From Gnetum montanum (taxonomy: Eukaryota > Plantae > Gnetophyta), in assembly GCA_015680685.1 (NCBI GenBank), contig MNCI01002155.1:88040-152039 (forward strand): a DNA stretch of 64,000 nt, written 5' to 3'. Each line of letters opens with the position of its first letter. Within the stretch, counting starts at the first letter, position 1. Positions 29,808 through 43,610 of this stretch are shown in pieces. The notes beneath the pieces were generated by a model. That model was not told the origin of the DNA and ran no database searches. It saw nothing but the letters and a program-made list of their open reading frames with translations. Position numbers and translations under genes: made by a program.

Positions 29808-32800
29808 ATGTCTTCTTCTTCTTCTCATAAGAGCACTTCACCACCTAGGGATCATACAAGAAACAGTCGCCAATCTAAAACACATAACCAAAATCCGCCA
29901 GTTCCTCAACAATACCAAGTGGTACATACCCATCCCAATGATTATATCTCGGATTTTACCTTTATCCTCCATCAGGATGAAAAATTGCATTGGAGAGATT
30001 TGTAAGGTAACATAGTGATACCTCCAGATTGGGCAGTCCTTGACATGCTTCTTCGTGCTCTTGCACGGATAGGCATGACACAATTATATGCTGAGTACAT
30101 TGTGGAAGATTATGACATAAGGGATTACCATCCCACAACAGCACAATGTTTAAGGGACTCGAGGTAGGAGAGCCACCATACATTATTGAAGGGAAAAGGG
30201 GTCCCACACGTCCTAAGTGAAATTGGAGATGGTGAATCCATTATAACAGGTTTTCTATCGAAAGATGTTCCCCCTCCTAACAATAGTGATGAGGTGGGGT
30301 ATTAGAACCTATGCTCCATGATACAAAACCCTAGTTCTGATCCCCGTGAACGGCAACTGTTCACTGAGGGAACAAAAACACATGACAAGGATGGGCACTC
30401 AGATCGTCATCACGATTGGGGCCGAAGCCACAGAAGAGAAGGTAGGAGACATCGTCATGGTGATGGTTCTCATTCTTCTTCCCCTTCATCACATCATTCA
30501 CCCTCTCCTTCCACATCAGGGCACAGTCACCAAGAGCATAACAGTGAGGATAAGGGTAAGCGAAATGAGAGACCTCGATGAGAGAGTCGAGAGAGAGGAC
30601 AAGGGCAGTCTAGAGAGTCTAGGCATGGTAGAAGGGAAAGTAGGGAACAATGTAGGCATCATAGACATCATGAAAGAGATGATCATGATGAAACCCTACT
30701 TGCCACCTGAAGTATGCTAGATATTACGGAGGTAGTTAGAATATCGACAAGGCATCAAAAAGATAGCCGGATCAAGCGCTTAGACATGAACAATATCCCA
30801 CGATTTGAGGGGGGATATAATGCTGATCTACAGAATCATTTACAGGAATTCCATGATGCTTGAACCTTGTAGAACATAGAGAATGAGTGGCAGAAATTGA
30901 AGTTGTTTCTTAGGATACTCATAAAGGAAGCAGAGAGCCGGAAACCATTAGGAGGTGGAGTACGATGCTGGAATTGTTCAACGAAAAATATCAAATGTAC
31001 TCTAGAGTGTCTAACTTGTGTAAGAAGATCTAAGGATGGAAACAAGGTACTCACAAACCCTTGGATGCTGCCATGGGCCGCTATTATACATTGCTACATT
31101 GTTGCCTGGGCCATGGTTACGCACAACAGGATCAACTCCGCCACCTCGTAGATGGGCTAAGACACGAAACTAGGAGAACCCTTGGGACTTATGCCCAAGG
31201 GAGGTTATCTAAACTTAGATCCCATGAAGTTCATCGATTGTTGGAGCAAGTAGCTAAAGAAGAAGGGGAGCTACGGAAAAGAGAAAGCGTGGAAGAATAT
31301 AACTGCAATCCTTCCCTCCGAAAGAGGGGAGTGAGATTCTGCGATGAAGAGGATGAGTCACCACTTGAAGAGTTGGTGAATAGAAAAACCTTGTCACTTT
31401 AGAAATTAACAATGGAAGTATTGGCTAAGGTAGATGAAATATGGAGCTTCTTAGATAGTAAAATGGAAATTGTCCTAAAAATCGTAGAAGAATCTAAGGA
31501 GGGATGAAGTAGTAACAAGGATAAGAAAAAGCAGAGAGACTTAGGCCATGCACATGACAAGGGTAAGGGAAAAATTAATATCACCAATGAGGTTGCAGAT
31601 TCAGACATAGATAATGACGGTGGATGTGAGATTTGCCAATATGACCATCCTAAGGGATGTTGTCCAATCATCTCACATCTACAGGAGTCTAGGGTGTATG
31701 CACTCAACCCGAGACTTAATAGACGGCAGACACCCCGAAGGTTACCTTATCCCTAAGGTAACCCAAGGCAGTTCCACCAATCGTTAACATATTATCCAAG
31801 TGGAACTCCGCCACAACCTATCGGGCAACATCAGTAGTGGAAACATCCACAGTCATGGGGGATATACCCTTACCGACAACCCGATCCTTATGGCTATTAC
31901 GTGTAGCAGTCGATTTCTCCAAGTGACTCTATGGGTCACACAACTCCACAACATCACTACCAAGTTTGGGAGTATTTTAGAAGGAATCCTCCTCCGAGAG
32001 ATGCTCCACAAACCTACCATCCTCTAAATCCATCCGCCACTCTTCTGTCGGTAGTTCCCATACCACCCGCTCCAACAATGCAAGGGGAATTCCCCACTCA
32101 ACCACAGCAACATAATACTACGAGAGCTATAAACCTTCAAACCGTTGCTAGTTCTGACAATCGTAAGAAGAGAAGACCTTTCTTCAGAACCAAAAGCCCA
32201 GACAAGCTCTCACAACCACAAGAGGTTGAGTCTGTCTATGCTCCTCCAACACATAAGGCTTCGGAGCTTCCTTTAAACTAATACCAGAGCTCAACACATA
32301 TGGTTATGTTTACACATATTGTAACTGACTAGATCAAGGTGGGCCACCTTCCCAGGAAACTCTCTGACCNGCATATGGTTATGTTTACACATATTGTAAC
32401 TGACTAGATCAAGGTAGGCCACCTTCCCAGGAAACTCTCTGATCCTGGAAGTCCCTTAATCTACATCCAAGTCACTGGGAATGAACCTCATAAGGCTCTT
32501 CTTGACTCAGGTTCTGGAGTCAACTTAATATCACGAAAAATGTATAAAGCCTGGAACCTGCCTCCACTTAAGAAGAGAAACATTCAACTAGAGCTGGCTG
32601 ACTAGTCCATCACCATTCCCTTGGGATTGGTGGAGGACATCGTTACCACTGTGTGTGATTGATCATACCTAGCTGATTTCTTGGTGATAGAAATCAACAG
32701 CAACAAAGGGGACTTCCCAGTTATAATGAGAAAGGCATGGCTAAGTATAATAGACGCATGCCTAGGAATCCATGATCTTTCCTTGGAAATATCTAAGGTA

Positions 32801-33145
32801 AAAATTTATGGAAAGATCAAGAAGAAGAAAGTTCCATGCATCGCATACAGTGACTCATCGGGTGATGACATGGAGGAATGCTCAGCACCTCCTACATGCA
32901 ACTGGTGTGCCTTAGAAAATTTGTGACAAAGGTGCCTATATGTAGCAACCACACAATAAGTGGACACCTCGTGGTTGACAGCTAATCGAAAGAGCAACCA
33001 ACCAACATGCATGGAACGAACTGGGGAAAAAACTCACGTCCATAACGAAAGCATAGATACATTGGAATATGAGCGTCACCAACTTCCACCCCTTAACCTG
33101 AAAACATCAATTGGGAGAAGTTGAACACTTCTAAGAAATTCAAAT
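29808..33145 (+). pseudogene. gag-protease remnant of element B
   Basis: Colinear with A gag. Protease ALLDSGSGVNL at ~32494. Homology to A jumps from A ~8290 to A ~11160. Confidence 0.88.
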
Positions 33146-35135
33146 AGGCGTTCATTATTTCAGATCTCTCCCTTTCTATTCAGTCATGGGGGAGATGGCC
33201 ACCTATGATGATCATTTGGGGCCCTTAGTTCTTTTAAATTTTTGTTTTACACGTTTTTGTTTTACACATTTTTTTTACACGTTTTTGTTTTACACATTTT
33301 TGTTTTGCATATTTTTGTTTTACAAATTTCTTTAACTTTTCTTGTTTTTGTTTTACAACATCGTTATACTTTTTTATTGTGTGTGTGTATGTGTGTTATC
33401 CATTTTGCCAAGTTTGTCATTTAATAAGTGTTCTTCACGATGGTATGAACTATTTCCCTATTGATTGCTAATGTTTGGTTTTTACCTTTAAGTTATGATG
33501 TTGATACTAAGGTATGGTTCTTTTGATATAGCAGGCAATGAGTCCACTTCATCCATTCATCCACAAATTTCTATGGTCTCTCTTGGCTTGGAAATGTACA
33601 ATCCCTTTCTAAATAAGAACTCTAACGAATCAGTGACTGGGCATTTCTCAAACTAAGGAAGGACTCAAGGATTGAAAAGGGTGCGACTTGAAGGGAATTT
33701 GATGCATTTGTGTTGGCCATTCTCTTGGATGCTTGGATGTTTTCTTCTTGAGTTTTCTTATCGCTTCGACGTTACCCAATTATCAAGAAGTTGAGCAAAT
33801 AAAAATAACAAAGTCTTTGCATGGTGTGGTTTTCACACATAAACACATAAAATAAAAAAAAAAAACTGTGAGAATTCAAAGCACACCCCTTAGACGAAAT
33901 AATCATATGGGCTACAAGAACTGGTTATGGAACTCAAATAAAAATGTTCCCTCTAACTAAGGCCCTTCTCGCTTCCCATTCTCTCCTCCTTCGTTTCATA
34001 GGAATGGTGGTGGCTCTTTGGGAAGGCATTCTTGTTACTTCAAGGGGATGGATTGGACGAATGCATTAATGCGAAGTCACTGGATGTGGTTTATTTAAGG
34101 CCGGACTTGGAATGGGATTTGCTAAGTCACATTAACCATGAAATACACAAGGGGCTGTACACCACCTTGTTCTTGGGATTCCATTCCATTCTCTTCTCTC
34201 CATCCTTCTTTCCATGGTTCACCTCATTGCTAGTTGTATCATTAGTGTATATTCTGGTTGATGCATTATTTTCTTTTTGGTAAATTCTTATGGTTAAGAC
34301 TTTAACTCTTGTTCCAAATGACATTCCCAGAGCCTACGGACTCTTTGAATGAGGGTTTGTCAGGGCATTAAGGGCATGAGCCTACTTTGGGGAGGACCCA
34401 TTAACATTCCTATTTGGTGCACTGGTTAAATTCTTTTCCTTAACATTTTTGCAATCCACTTTATTTTTTTCATTTCCATCTTGACATCCATTTCATTGAC
34501 GTTATAGTTGTCTCTTTTTTTCTATCTTTCTTGTTCCTTTTCTTTCTCCATTCTATCGCTACTGGAGGTTCACTCTTAGTCATGGGGGTCCGAACCCAAA
34601 TTTTTTCAATTTTCTCCTAACCCCTACACCTTCGATAGTCACCACTATGATATCTCCAGATCTGTATTAGCCATACCACAACTCAACCAATGGACCTTTT
34701 ACCGAAGCAAGGTATCAACTGCATTGTGATTCATTTACCCTTGCTAATATAAAGACTGTGTTGTGTGTGCAGATGGCAATCATGCAACAATGGATTGGAT
34801 CTAGAGGGAACACTTGGAATGGATCAGTGATGAAGCAGCTATGCAAGGGGCAAGATTGATGGTGCGCTTATGGATGGATAATGAAAGGTGAAATCTTGGT
34901 GTTGGCAGCAGCAAAACTTCTTTCTTACTCTCTCTTTCTTAGCTACCAAATGAGGCATGATGTCAAATGTATAAAGTGTTCACTCTTGTAGTCATGAACA
35001 CTAGTTTTGTCTTGTCTTGTAATGATGATCCATTCACATGTCATCCCATTAGTTCCATTTTGAGTCAATAATCCCATACCATCCCAATATTTTGTAAGGA
35101 ACTCGAGGATGAGTTTTTATTCAGTCATGGGGATA

Positions 35136-36001
35136 TGATGGGAAGCAATATTGCATGGGCTGTGATATCGTGTACGTGATATCGCATCCGTCGTGATATC
35201 ACATCCCCCGCGATATTGCGTTGTCCCCCTCGATACACGATATTGTGGTGTGCCGCCAAGTCTATAAATAAAAGGCAGCTCTCCCTTGTTTCTCATTCTA
35301 GGCCTAGACCATAGCACAACTCTGGCAGTTTTCCCTCTCTAGAGATATAATAATTTCCATGTGCCCGTAGTAGGAGCTCCAAAGTGAATGGATCTTTATT
35401 CGAGCAAATATTGTACTTGAACACAAGTTTGTGTATGGAAATAAAGACGAACTTCTTGGATAAACCTTGCAGTGCATGGACTAAGCTAAATAGGCTAAAT
35501 AGGACTTTACTTATTGTTATTTATTGTTTATCATTTAAATGCTTTATTAGTTCATTAATTCTATCTCAACCCTTCTCTCCTAGTTAAGTGCATTCAGTAC
35601 GACCACTTCGAGCATGTGCGTTACGCTTGGTGATCCCAGTAACGATTAGCGTTTGGTAACCAAGGTTGCATTGGTTTAGGGTGTGAATGGTAAGTGGGAA
35701 CGAATACTGATGTTAGGTTAGTTAAGGCTTAGTTAGTTAGTTAAAGATTAGTTAATTAATCTCTTCACCCTTCACCTCACTAGCATAGGAGATAAAATAG
35801 AAAAGATATAAAAATCACATACCTCAGACTTACTTAACCATACAACCATGAAAAATACAAGTAAGTATGGGAAGATAATGAATGATTAACCTTAAGTATT
35901 CCATAAGGCATGTAGGCACTTAGTCTATGGAGTTCAACCGGATCGCGGGTGTGACGCTCGTATTGGTATGGTTGAGTGTAGGGGTACCTCACCACTCATC
36001 A
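35136..36001 (+). repeat. 3' LTR of element B
   Basis: TGATGGGA...CACTCATCA followed by TSD ACTAT. Confidence 0.95.
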
Positions 36002-37151
36002 ACTATAAAGTGGTTGATGAAATGTTTAGGTCATACTAGCCTACCAAAGCCTAATAAAAAAAGAACTATTTTATGGAAGCATACCATGAAGTTGCCAAGG
36101 AAAAGGGTGCTACCATTCCACTAAAATTGTAGTTCAAGAAGAATGATACTGATTATTAATCAGGTAAATCTCATCATTGAAATCATCCAACCCCTGTTAT
36201 AGATGACATGATAAATCCATGATTACATTGAACCTTGGATAGCAACCAAGAAAAAGGGAGGATAGAACCCAATACAAGAAGGATCTCTAGACCTAGGTTT
36301 TATAGTAGACCAAGTCGAGATGATCAAAGGGGTTATGAAATGAAAGCAAGTTCATACGACTCTCTTAGTTCTTCCTCTTTCTCATCCTCATCATCATTTA
36401 ACTTTAATGAGGATAAATGTAACCATGAATGAAGGGGTAATGATAGATGACCTAGTCAATATGATCAAAGAGACCATCATACAAATGGAGAAAGAGATGG
36501 TAGATAAGACTAATAAAGATGGAATATAGTTAAAATAAGGCATAGAAAGCATCATAGAAGGGTGCATGGTCATAAAGATCATGAAGATAGAGATGATTAT
36601 GATGAACCCTTGCTTTCTACTCATAACATGATTAACATTAGGGAGATGGTTTACATTCCTATTGAACATCAAAGGGATAGTTCAATCAAATGACTAGGTA
36701 TGAGCAACATATCTAAGTTTGATGGAGACTATGATGGTGATACAAAATACCATATACAAGCCTTCCATGATGCTTAGATAATGAAAATTTAGAGAATGAA
36801 TGAACAAATTTAAAATTATTTCATAGGATACTCATTAAGAAAGAAGAAATTTAGCACTAGTTCTTAGAATTGAAATTAATTAAAAGGTGAAGTACGATAT
36901 TGGAAATCTTCAATGACAACTATCAAGCATATTCCAAGTGTCCAATCTAATGAAGCATATTTAGGAATGAAGATAAGGAAATTATATCTCCCTTGATGTA
37001 GCCTTAGGTATGTATTACTTGCTATTACATAAGTGCCTAGGTGATGGCTTCTCTTAGAGGGAATAGTTGCAACATATTATAGATGGATTTAGAAATAAGA
37101 CAAGGGAAACTATTTGGATCTATGCTCAAGGGAGGCTTTGAAAGATGAAAG

Positions 37152-38120
37152 TGTAATGGCTAAAAAATTTAGTGTTGGAGAATTGAGGATCTCAGCGTGG
37201 AATAATTTAGTTCCAAGATCCATGGGCCTTGGAAGGATTTGGAGCACCTTAAGCAATCTTGCCAATTACTTAAGGACTTAGGAGATCTATTTTTGAATGC
37301 GTAAATGAAAGTAAATTGCAACATGTAAAAATAATGTTTCAGCATGGAACTTAAGAATAGACTACAAAATGCAAGAAATATGGCAAAGAAAAAACTAAAA
37401 ACTTTGTATTTAATGATGAAAAAAATTCTTTTCCAAAATAGGTGGTTTAGAAGGTATAGATTAAGGCTTTAAAAGCTTGAGAATAAATATTATCTCTTGT
37501 AATCTAGGTAGGGTGTGTTCTACACAAGATCTACATTGGTCTCATGTTTGATTTGCACAATGAATGTTTCTACAGGTCTGATTTGCACTTGGGAATTAGC
37601 ATTGAAAAGGCTACAAAACATTTGTTGCTATGCTTTGCTATTTCTTACCAAAGTATGATATGCCCAAAATTCCTAAAAATAACATTGAATCTAGTATTTA
37701 TATGTCTTAAATTTGTTATGTTGGTGTTTGTTATAGTTGCATATGTTCATTAGAGCATTATATGATGTTTCAAGTCACAAGTGTAGCATATGGGTCAAGC
37801 ACCCAAACTCCACACACGGCCACAGTGTGTGGGACTAAGATGTGCAGTGTGTGAGATAAAAAAGTTATTTTTTGTAGCGTATAGAGAATTTTTCCCTTCA
37901 CATGATGGCATAAATGGAATTTATAGTGTGTGGGATGCATATTTCATTTGTTACATTAAAAAATGACCCAAAATTATGCCAAAACAAGGCCACAGGGTGG
38001 GGGTTTTGTTTAATGGGAAAACAAGACAATTGTTTCTATCTTTAGATCCCCACCAAATTACAATGAAAATCTTTACTATCAGGCTTTTGTTTCACTATGA
38101 ATTTTCCTTGATGTGTTTCA
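37152..38120 (-). repeat. 3' LTR of element D
   Basis: Colinear with 53840-54813. The purine tract CAAAGAGAGG precedes TGAAAC on the minus strand. Confidence 0.85.
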
Positions 38121-39299
38121 TTAACCTCTCTTTGTTGATATTTTGAGGATTTACTTGAGAGACATAAAAAAGAATGAAAAACACCACCATGGGTTCATCA
38201 CCAATGTTTCTTCGTCACTCTATTTTGTAGCTATTGAATCATGTCGAGAAGTGCTCACAATGGTGAAATAAAGTTACAAAGGAATGCTAATAGTTTGGAA
38301 CGAGATAATGGTTACATTGGCTATCAAAGTATGATTACATGGGCTAACAAAGAATTATAAATATGTTGACATCATGGTTATGGCTTGGTGGTGACATGTT
38401 TGGCAATTGAAGAAGTCTTCATGCTTTGAGTTTGAATTGCTGGTTGCTTGATGATGTTTGGAGGAACCAACACTTGGTAATAGGATTCCTGGGTCACTTG
38501 GCTTTTTTTTTTGATATCTATTAATTTTCTTAACTTTTAGGATACATTGGCCTTTTTTCTTTCTTTGCATTTTCATCTCATCTTTTATTTTTTTTTTGGA
38601 GTGAAACCTTTATTGGGTTTTTTTTTCTAAGGACAAAATTTTGTTTGCTCATTAAAGGAGGTATGTTACATTTAATAAACTTGGTTGGTAGAGCATGTCG
38701 AAGGAGATGTCACATGACCATGGTTCATGAGTGAAAAACATAGGTTTTCATTGTGAGTAAGGTAATGAAGGATACAATTTGATTACATGGTTATAGCTTT
38801 AGAGGGGTAATAGAGATTATGTGAGGTAATCACTGTTGACAAGATCAAACAAGTTAACCAAATCTTGTATATAGAGATCACATGATGACTCATATTCATG
38901 ATAAATCACACACCTATGATGACTTTGGGCTTATCCTGTAAGCACAACTTCAAGAGGAAAATCAAAGAAGTCAAAAAATACATGTGTTTATGAAAGGTTA
39001 CATCAGGCTACAAGCAAAACTAAGTAAATATACATCACCATAGGCTATAATTGGAAGCACATGATAACTTTGTATCTTTTTTGATAGATTTATACAAAAT
39101 TTGTAGTCTTTTGATGTGCCAAAAAGAGATAATAGTTCGTATAGGCTTACTTGTTTTAGGTCACTTAGGTTATCAATTGTTTGTCCAAACCTGTAAACAA
39201 AGGCTACAAGCAAATAGGTCAATGTTAGATATAATAAGGCTTGAGATAGGAATGATTGATTGGATTGGTCAATTCATTCCCATTCATGTCTATTAGTTT

Positions 39300-42200
39300 G
39301 AATGCATTGCTACCATACACTTTGGTGACTAAGAAAGGTCATTTCCAATTGATTGAGAATATGTTTGCATGTTTGTGAATGGCCTTGAGGACAAGGTTCC
39401 CTTTCTTGACTTTTCTCCTATTTGGATTGTGATGATGCTATTGTTTCTATGTCTCTTGGTATTGTTTGATGTTAACAAGCATTTGTATTCACCATTTCTC
39501 CACTGAGTCAAGATTCATGGTATGTAGCTCCTTATTTTGCTCATTATTAATGAATTTAGACAGAGCTTTCCTTAAGAATGGAACTTGTAATTCAAGAGGC
39601 AAAACAACTTCAGCTTCATAAACTAGGGTATATTGGGTGGCACTAGTTATGATTCTAAAGATTTTCCTATAGGCCCAAAGTGCATACAAGAGTTGTTCAT
39701 GCCACTTGCATTTTCCATTACTTAGCATTTTCTTTAGGAGGTTAATGATGATCTTGTTACTGGGTTCAGCTTGACCATTGGCTTGTGGATAGTAGGGTCA
39801 TGAAAAGGAATGTTTAATGTTTAATTATTTACAAAAGTTTGACATTTCTTGGCTACTAAATTATGGTTTGTTATTTGTAACAATTATTAAAGGTAGGTCA
39901 AAACAGGATAGGATGTTATCTAAGTCAAATTTGTAGACTTGTAGTGATGTTGTTTTTCTTATAGGAATGGCTTCAACCCATTTTGTAAAAATACTTGGTT
40001 GTGATGATGATGAAGCTATGTCCTATAGAGGATTTAGAAGTTATAGGCTTAATTATATTGAGTTCCCATCATTAAAATGACCATGTGATCTGACTGGTGT
40101 GTAACTTAATTGGTGGCACATGTATTAGGTTATTGTACCATTGATAAATGTCACAAGTTTTACCTTTATGTAGGTAATCAATTTCTATATAGGGCTAATA
40201 TTATCTTAAGCATCTAATCTTTGCAACCATGGCTCTAGGTCCTATAAGGCCTTCACATATACCATCATGTACTTGTTCAAAGATCGTATGGGCTTCTACC
40301 TTACTCATGCATACTAATAATACATCATCATAGGACCTTCAACATAATATGTTATTAGCTATAATGATGTATTATTTTGATCATTTATGTATAACGTTCT
40401 TTTAGGGGTAGTTGTGGAGGTTCACCATGTATTAGGTAAAACTTAATGTCATCATACCACTCTTGTCAAGGAGCATTATCAATGGTGACTATAGAGGTGC
40501 CTTTAGTATTCTTCGTGATGGGAAGAGCACATTTCTCCATCAAAGAAGGCAATTTTCTAAACACATCAAGCATCATACTTAGGAGTAAGGTTGCAATGGC
40601 TTCAGCTAAGGTATTCTCAGTTTGAAAAATGTATTGGATATCAACATTTGTTAACTGTAGCATAAGTATTTTGGCTAGATCATAGTAAGGTTGTAGGTGT
40701 TTAGCTTTGCATGTATAGACTTCGGTTACTTGGTTGATCATTAATTGTGAATCACCTTTTATCTTTAAACATGTAATTCCATAGTAATGAGCTATCATGA
40801 TTCCTCTAATTAATCTTTCATATTTTGCTATGTTGTTAGTACATGGGAATTAGAAATGATAAGTGAAAAGTTGGATCTCATAAGAGGCTAATGTTATGAT
40901 GATAACAATACTTGCTTCATGTGTAGTTGAATCTTAGTCAAAGTGCATGATGGCCTCATATCATTTAGGTATCTCATTGATAATGTTGACATGCTTGTTA
41001 GCGAACTCAGGATTTATGATCACATTATCCTTAATCAAGGAAGTGGTGAGTTGTGTGGTTATAGCTTGACCTTTCGTTGAGACTTGGGAGATGTAATGAA
41101 GGTCAAACTCAGCTATTATGGCATTCCATCAAGCTATATGGCTACTTTGGTAAATGTTGGTTGTTATGATTCTTAGTTCATTGTCCTAGCATATGACATT
41201 GACTTGGCTCTTAAAGAGATAGGGTTTTCACTTCTTCAAGAGGAAGACTAAGGCTAGGAAGTGCTTCTTGACCTTAGTGTATCAAATCTCATAAGATACC
41301 ATTGCATGGCTCAAGTAGTAGAGTAGTAACTATGCTCCATCATTTCATTTTTGATAGCCAATGAGGCTATGGATGTTTCAGAGGTTGCAAGGTAGATATA
41401 GAATGTTTTATCTTTCTGAGGAGGGGTACATAGTAGGCAACTAGGCCAAATCTTTCTTGATACTATCAAAGGCTTCTTGGCATTGGTCAGTTCACTCTTA
41501 GTGAACTTCCATTTTGAGAAAACGTTGCATAGGTTGTCATTTATTCGTGAGCCTCAAGATGAACCTATGAATAAATTAAAAAATACCTTATAAACCTTGT
41601 AGTTCCTTAAGGTTTCTAGGTGCTTATAGATTGGCTATGGCTTTAACCGTATCAGGATCAACTTGTATTCCTACCTTGGATACTATGAAACTAAGAATTT
41701 TACCAGTTTTAATGCCAAAGATACACTTCTTAGGATTAATTCTAAGTTTGTACTTAAAAAATCATTGTAGTACTAAGTTTAGGTCATGTGCATGGTAATT
41801 GGCTATTTTGGCTTGATGCATATGTCATCAACATAATCATTAAGCAACCCTAGCATGTAGTCACTAAAGATGTAAGTTATGGCTTATTGATAAGTTACCA
41901 CTGTGTTCTTCAGAATGAATGTTAACATTGTATAGCAGAAGCTTCCTGAAGGGGTCATGAAGGGTATGTACAATTGATGCTCTAGGTTAATCCTAACTTG
42001 GTTATATCCCAAGAATCCATCCATAAAGGACAACAAGGTATGTCTAGTCGTAGTATCGATAAGTTGACCAATACTAGGTAAAGGAAAATCATCTTTAATA
42101 GTTTTCTTATTGAGATCATGGAAATTGATACAGATATGAATATGTCCATTTTTCTTAGGAACCACCACTGTGTTAGACATCCATTTTATGTAATTGACAA

Positions 42201-42704
42201 CTTGGATGAATCCAGCTTGGTAAAGCTTCTTGATCTCATCATAGATTGCTAGGGTTAGGTTTGGTCTAATCTTATGCACCTTTTGTTTAATGGGCTTGAT
42301 ACTAGAATCAAGTATGATATTATGTTACATTAAACATGGATCAAGTCCTGGCATATTTCATATAACCAAGAAAAGACCTTAATGTTATCTTAGAGGACCT
42401 TGGTGTCTTGGGCCATCTGGGGTTTTAGCAAGAAACTTAATTTTAGTGTTTTTTCCTTACCATTATGGTTTGTAATGGGAATTTCAACTAGAGAATCCTT
42501 TGTAATGTCTGTGGACTCTAAGTCAAGGGTTTTGACTATGTACTCGGGCCATTCTAGGGACTTCTCTATTGAGGCTATATGATCAAATAGGCTCATAGGC
42601 TCAAGATGTAGGCATTGTAGCTCAATTGATCATTTGAAATTATGATAAGGTCCATTTAGGTTTAAAGGTGGGTTGAATTGTGCTCATGTATCCATGATTT
42701 AATC
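39300..42704 (-). pseudogene. RT - RNase H - additional (archaeal-type) RNase H - integrase remnant of element D
   Basis: VPKKNG.I.ICINF.DLNK, FMDGFLGYNQ and DYVDDI (41822-41839). aRH shows NNIAKYE and KGDSQLMINQV. INT shows FTKWVEA, YPQANGQAE and YALWAYR. Confidence 0.9.
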
Positions 42705-42899
42705 CTGCATGTCAACAAAAGTACATTAATTGATATATGTATTGCATAATTGTCAAATAATGTTACAATAATGCAAAATATTGTAATAATAAAGCATAAT
42801 GTAGTTGAATAGAATTAAAATGGAGTAGAACAAGACATAATAAGGCTAAGTAAGGTCATAACATGGTAAACTAAGGTCAAAGAAGATAGATTGAGAGGC

Positions 42900-43610
42900 A
42901 ACAAGGTGGAACAAGGATCAAATGATGCCAAATGATGTAGAATAAAGGCCAAATGAGGTTGAAACCATGTGGCATGATGTAACATGAGGTTGAATGATGC
43001 CTAAATGGTCCCAAATGACATCAAATGATGATGGAACAAGGCCAAAAAAGATCAAAAGATGATGGAATGACGTCAAACAAGATCAAATGATGTCAAAATG
43101 GGGTAAAGTGAGGCCAAATGATGTTAAAAATGGTGTAAAATGATGTTAAATAATATCAAATGATGTAAAATGATATCAAATGATGCAAAATAACATCGAA
43201 TGATGTCAAATGACACCAAATGATGGAAAAATGATACCAAATGATGTTAAATGGTGTCAAATGATGACAAAATGATACTCAATGATGTCAAATGATATCC
43301 AAATGATACCAAATGATCTCAAATGATATTGAATGATGTCAAAATCATGCAAAATGATGTCAAATGGTGTCAAATGACACCAAATGATTGTTAAATAATA
43401 AAAAATGTTATCAAATGATATCAAATGGTGCTAAATGACAACAAGTGATGTCAAAGTGATTCAAAATGATGTCAGTTCTCATCAAATGGTGTCGAATGAA
43501 ACCAAATGATGTTGAAATAATATCAAATGGTGTTGAATGATACCAAATGACATTAAATGATGTAGGAGGAGGTCAAAAAAGATCAAACATGATCAAAAAT
43601 AATGTTAAAT
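42900..43610. repeat. Degenerate ~10-bp tandem array (consensus ~AAATGATGTC)
   Basis: Dozens of adjacent AAATGATGTC/AAATGATATC/AAATGACACC/AAATGGTGTC units. Confidence 0.92.

Larger units (their letters stand above)
28822..36001 (+). mobile_element. Non-autonomous Athila-like LTR retrotransposon (element B): gag + protease, no RT/RH/INT
   Basis: LTRs at 28822-29663 and 35136-36001. TSD ACTAT at 28817-28821 and 36002-36006. PBS TGGCGCCATTGCTGGGGA at 29665 and PPT TCAGTCATGGGGATA. Confidence 0.95.

Noticed and set aside
32297-32443. ~73-bp direct duplication in element B
   Set aside because: The copies flank an N (32370), so this is most likely an unmerged contig overlap.
33241-33360. TTTTTGTTTTACAC repeats giving a hydrophobic ORF
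   Set aside because: Low-complexity U-rich slippage tract, not coding.
29046-35587. Near-identical small ORFs at 29046/35384 (also 37544/54211) as duplicated genes
   Set aside because: They are chance ORFs within paired LTRs.
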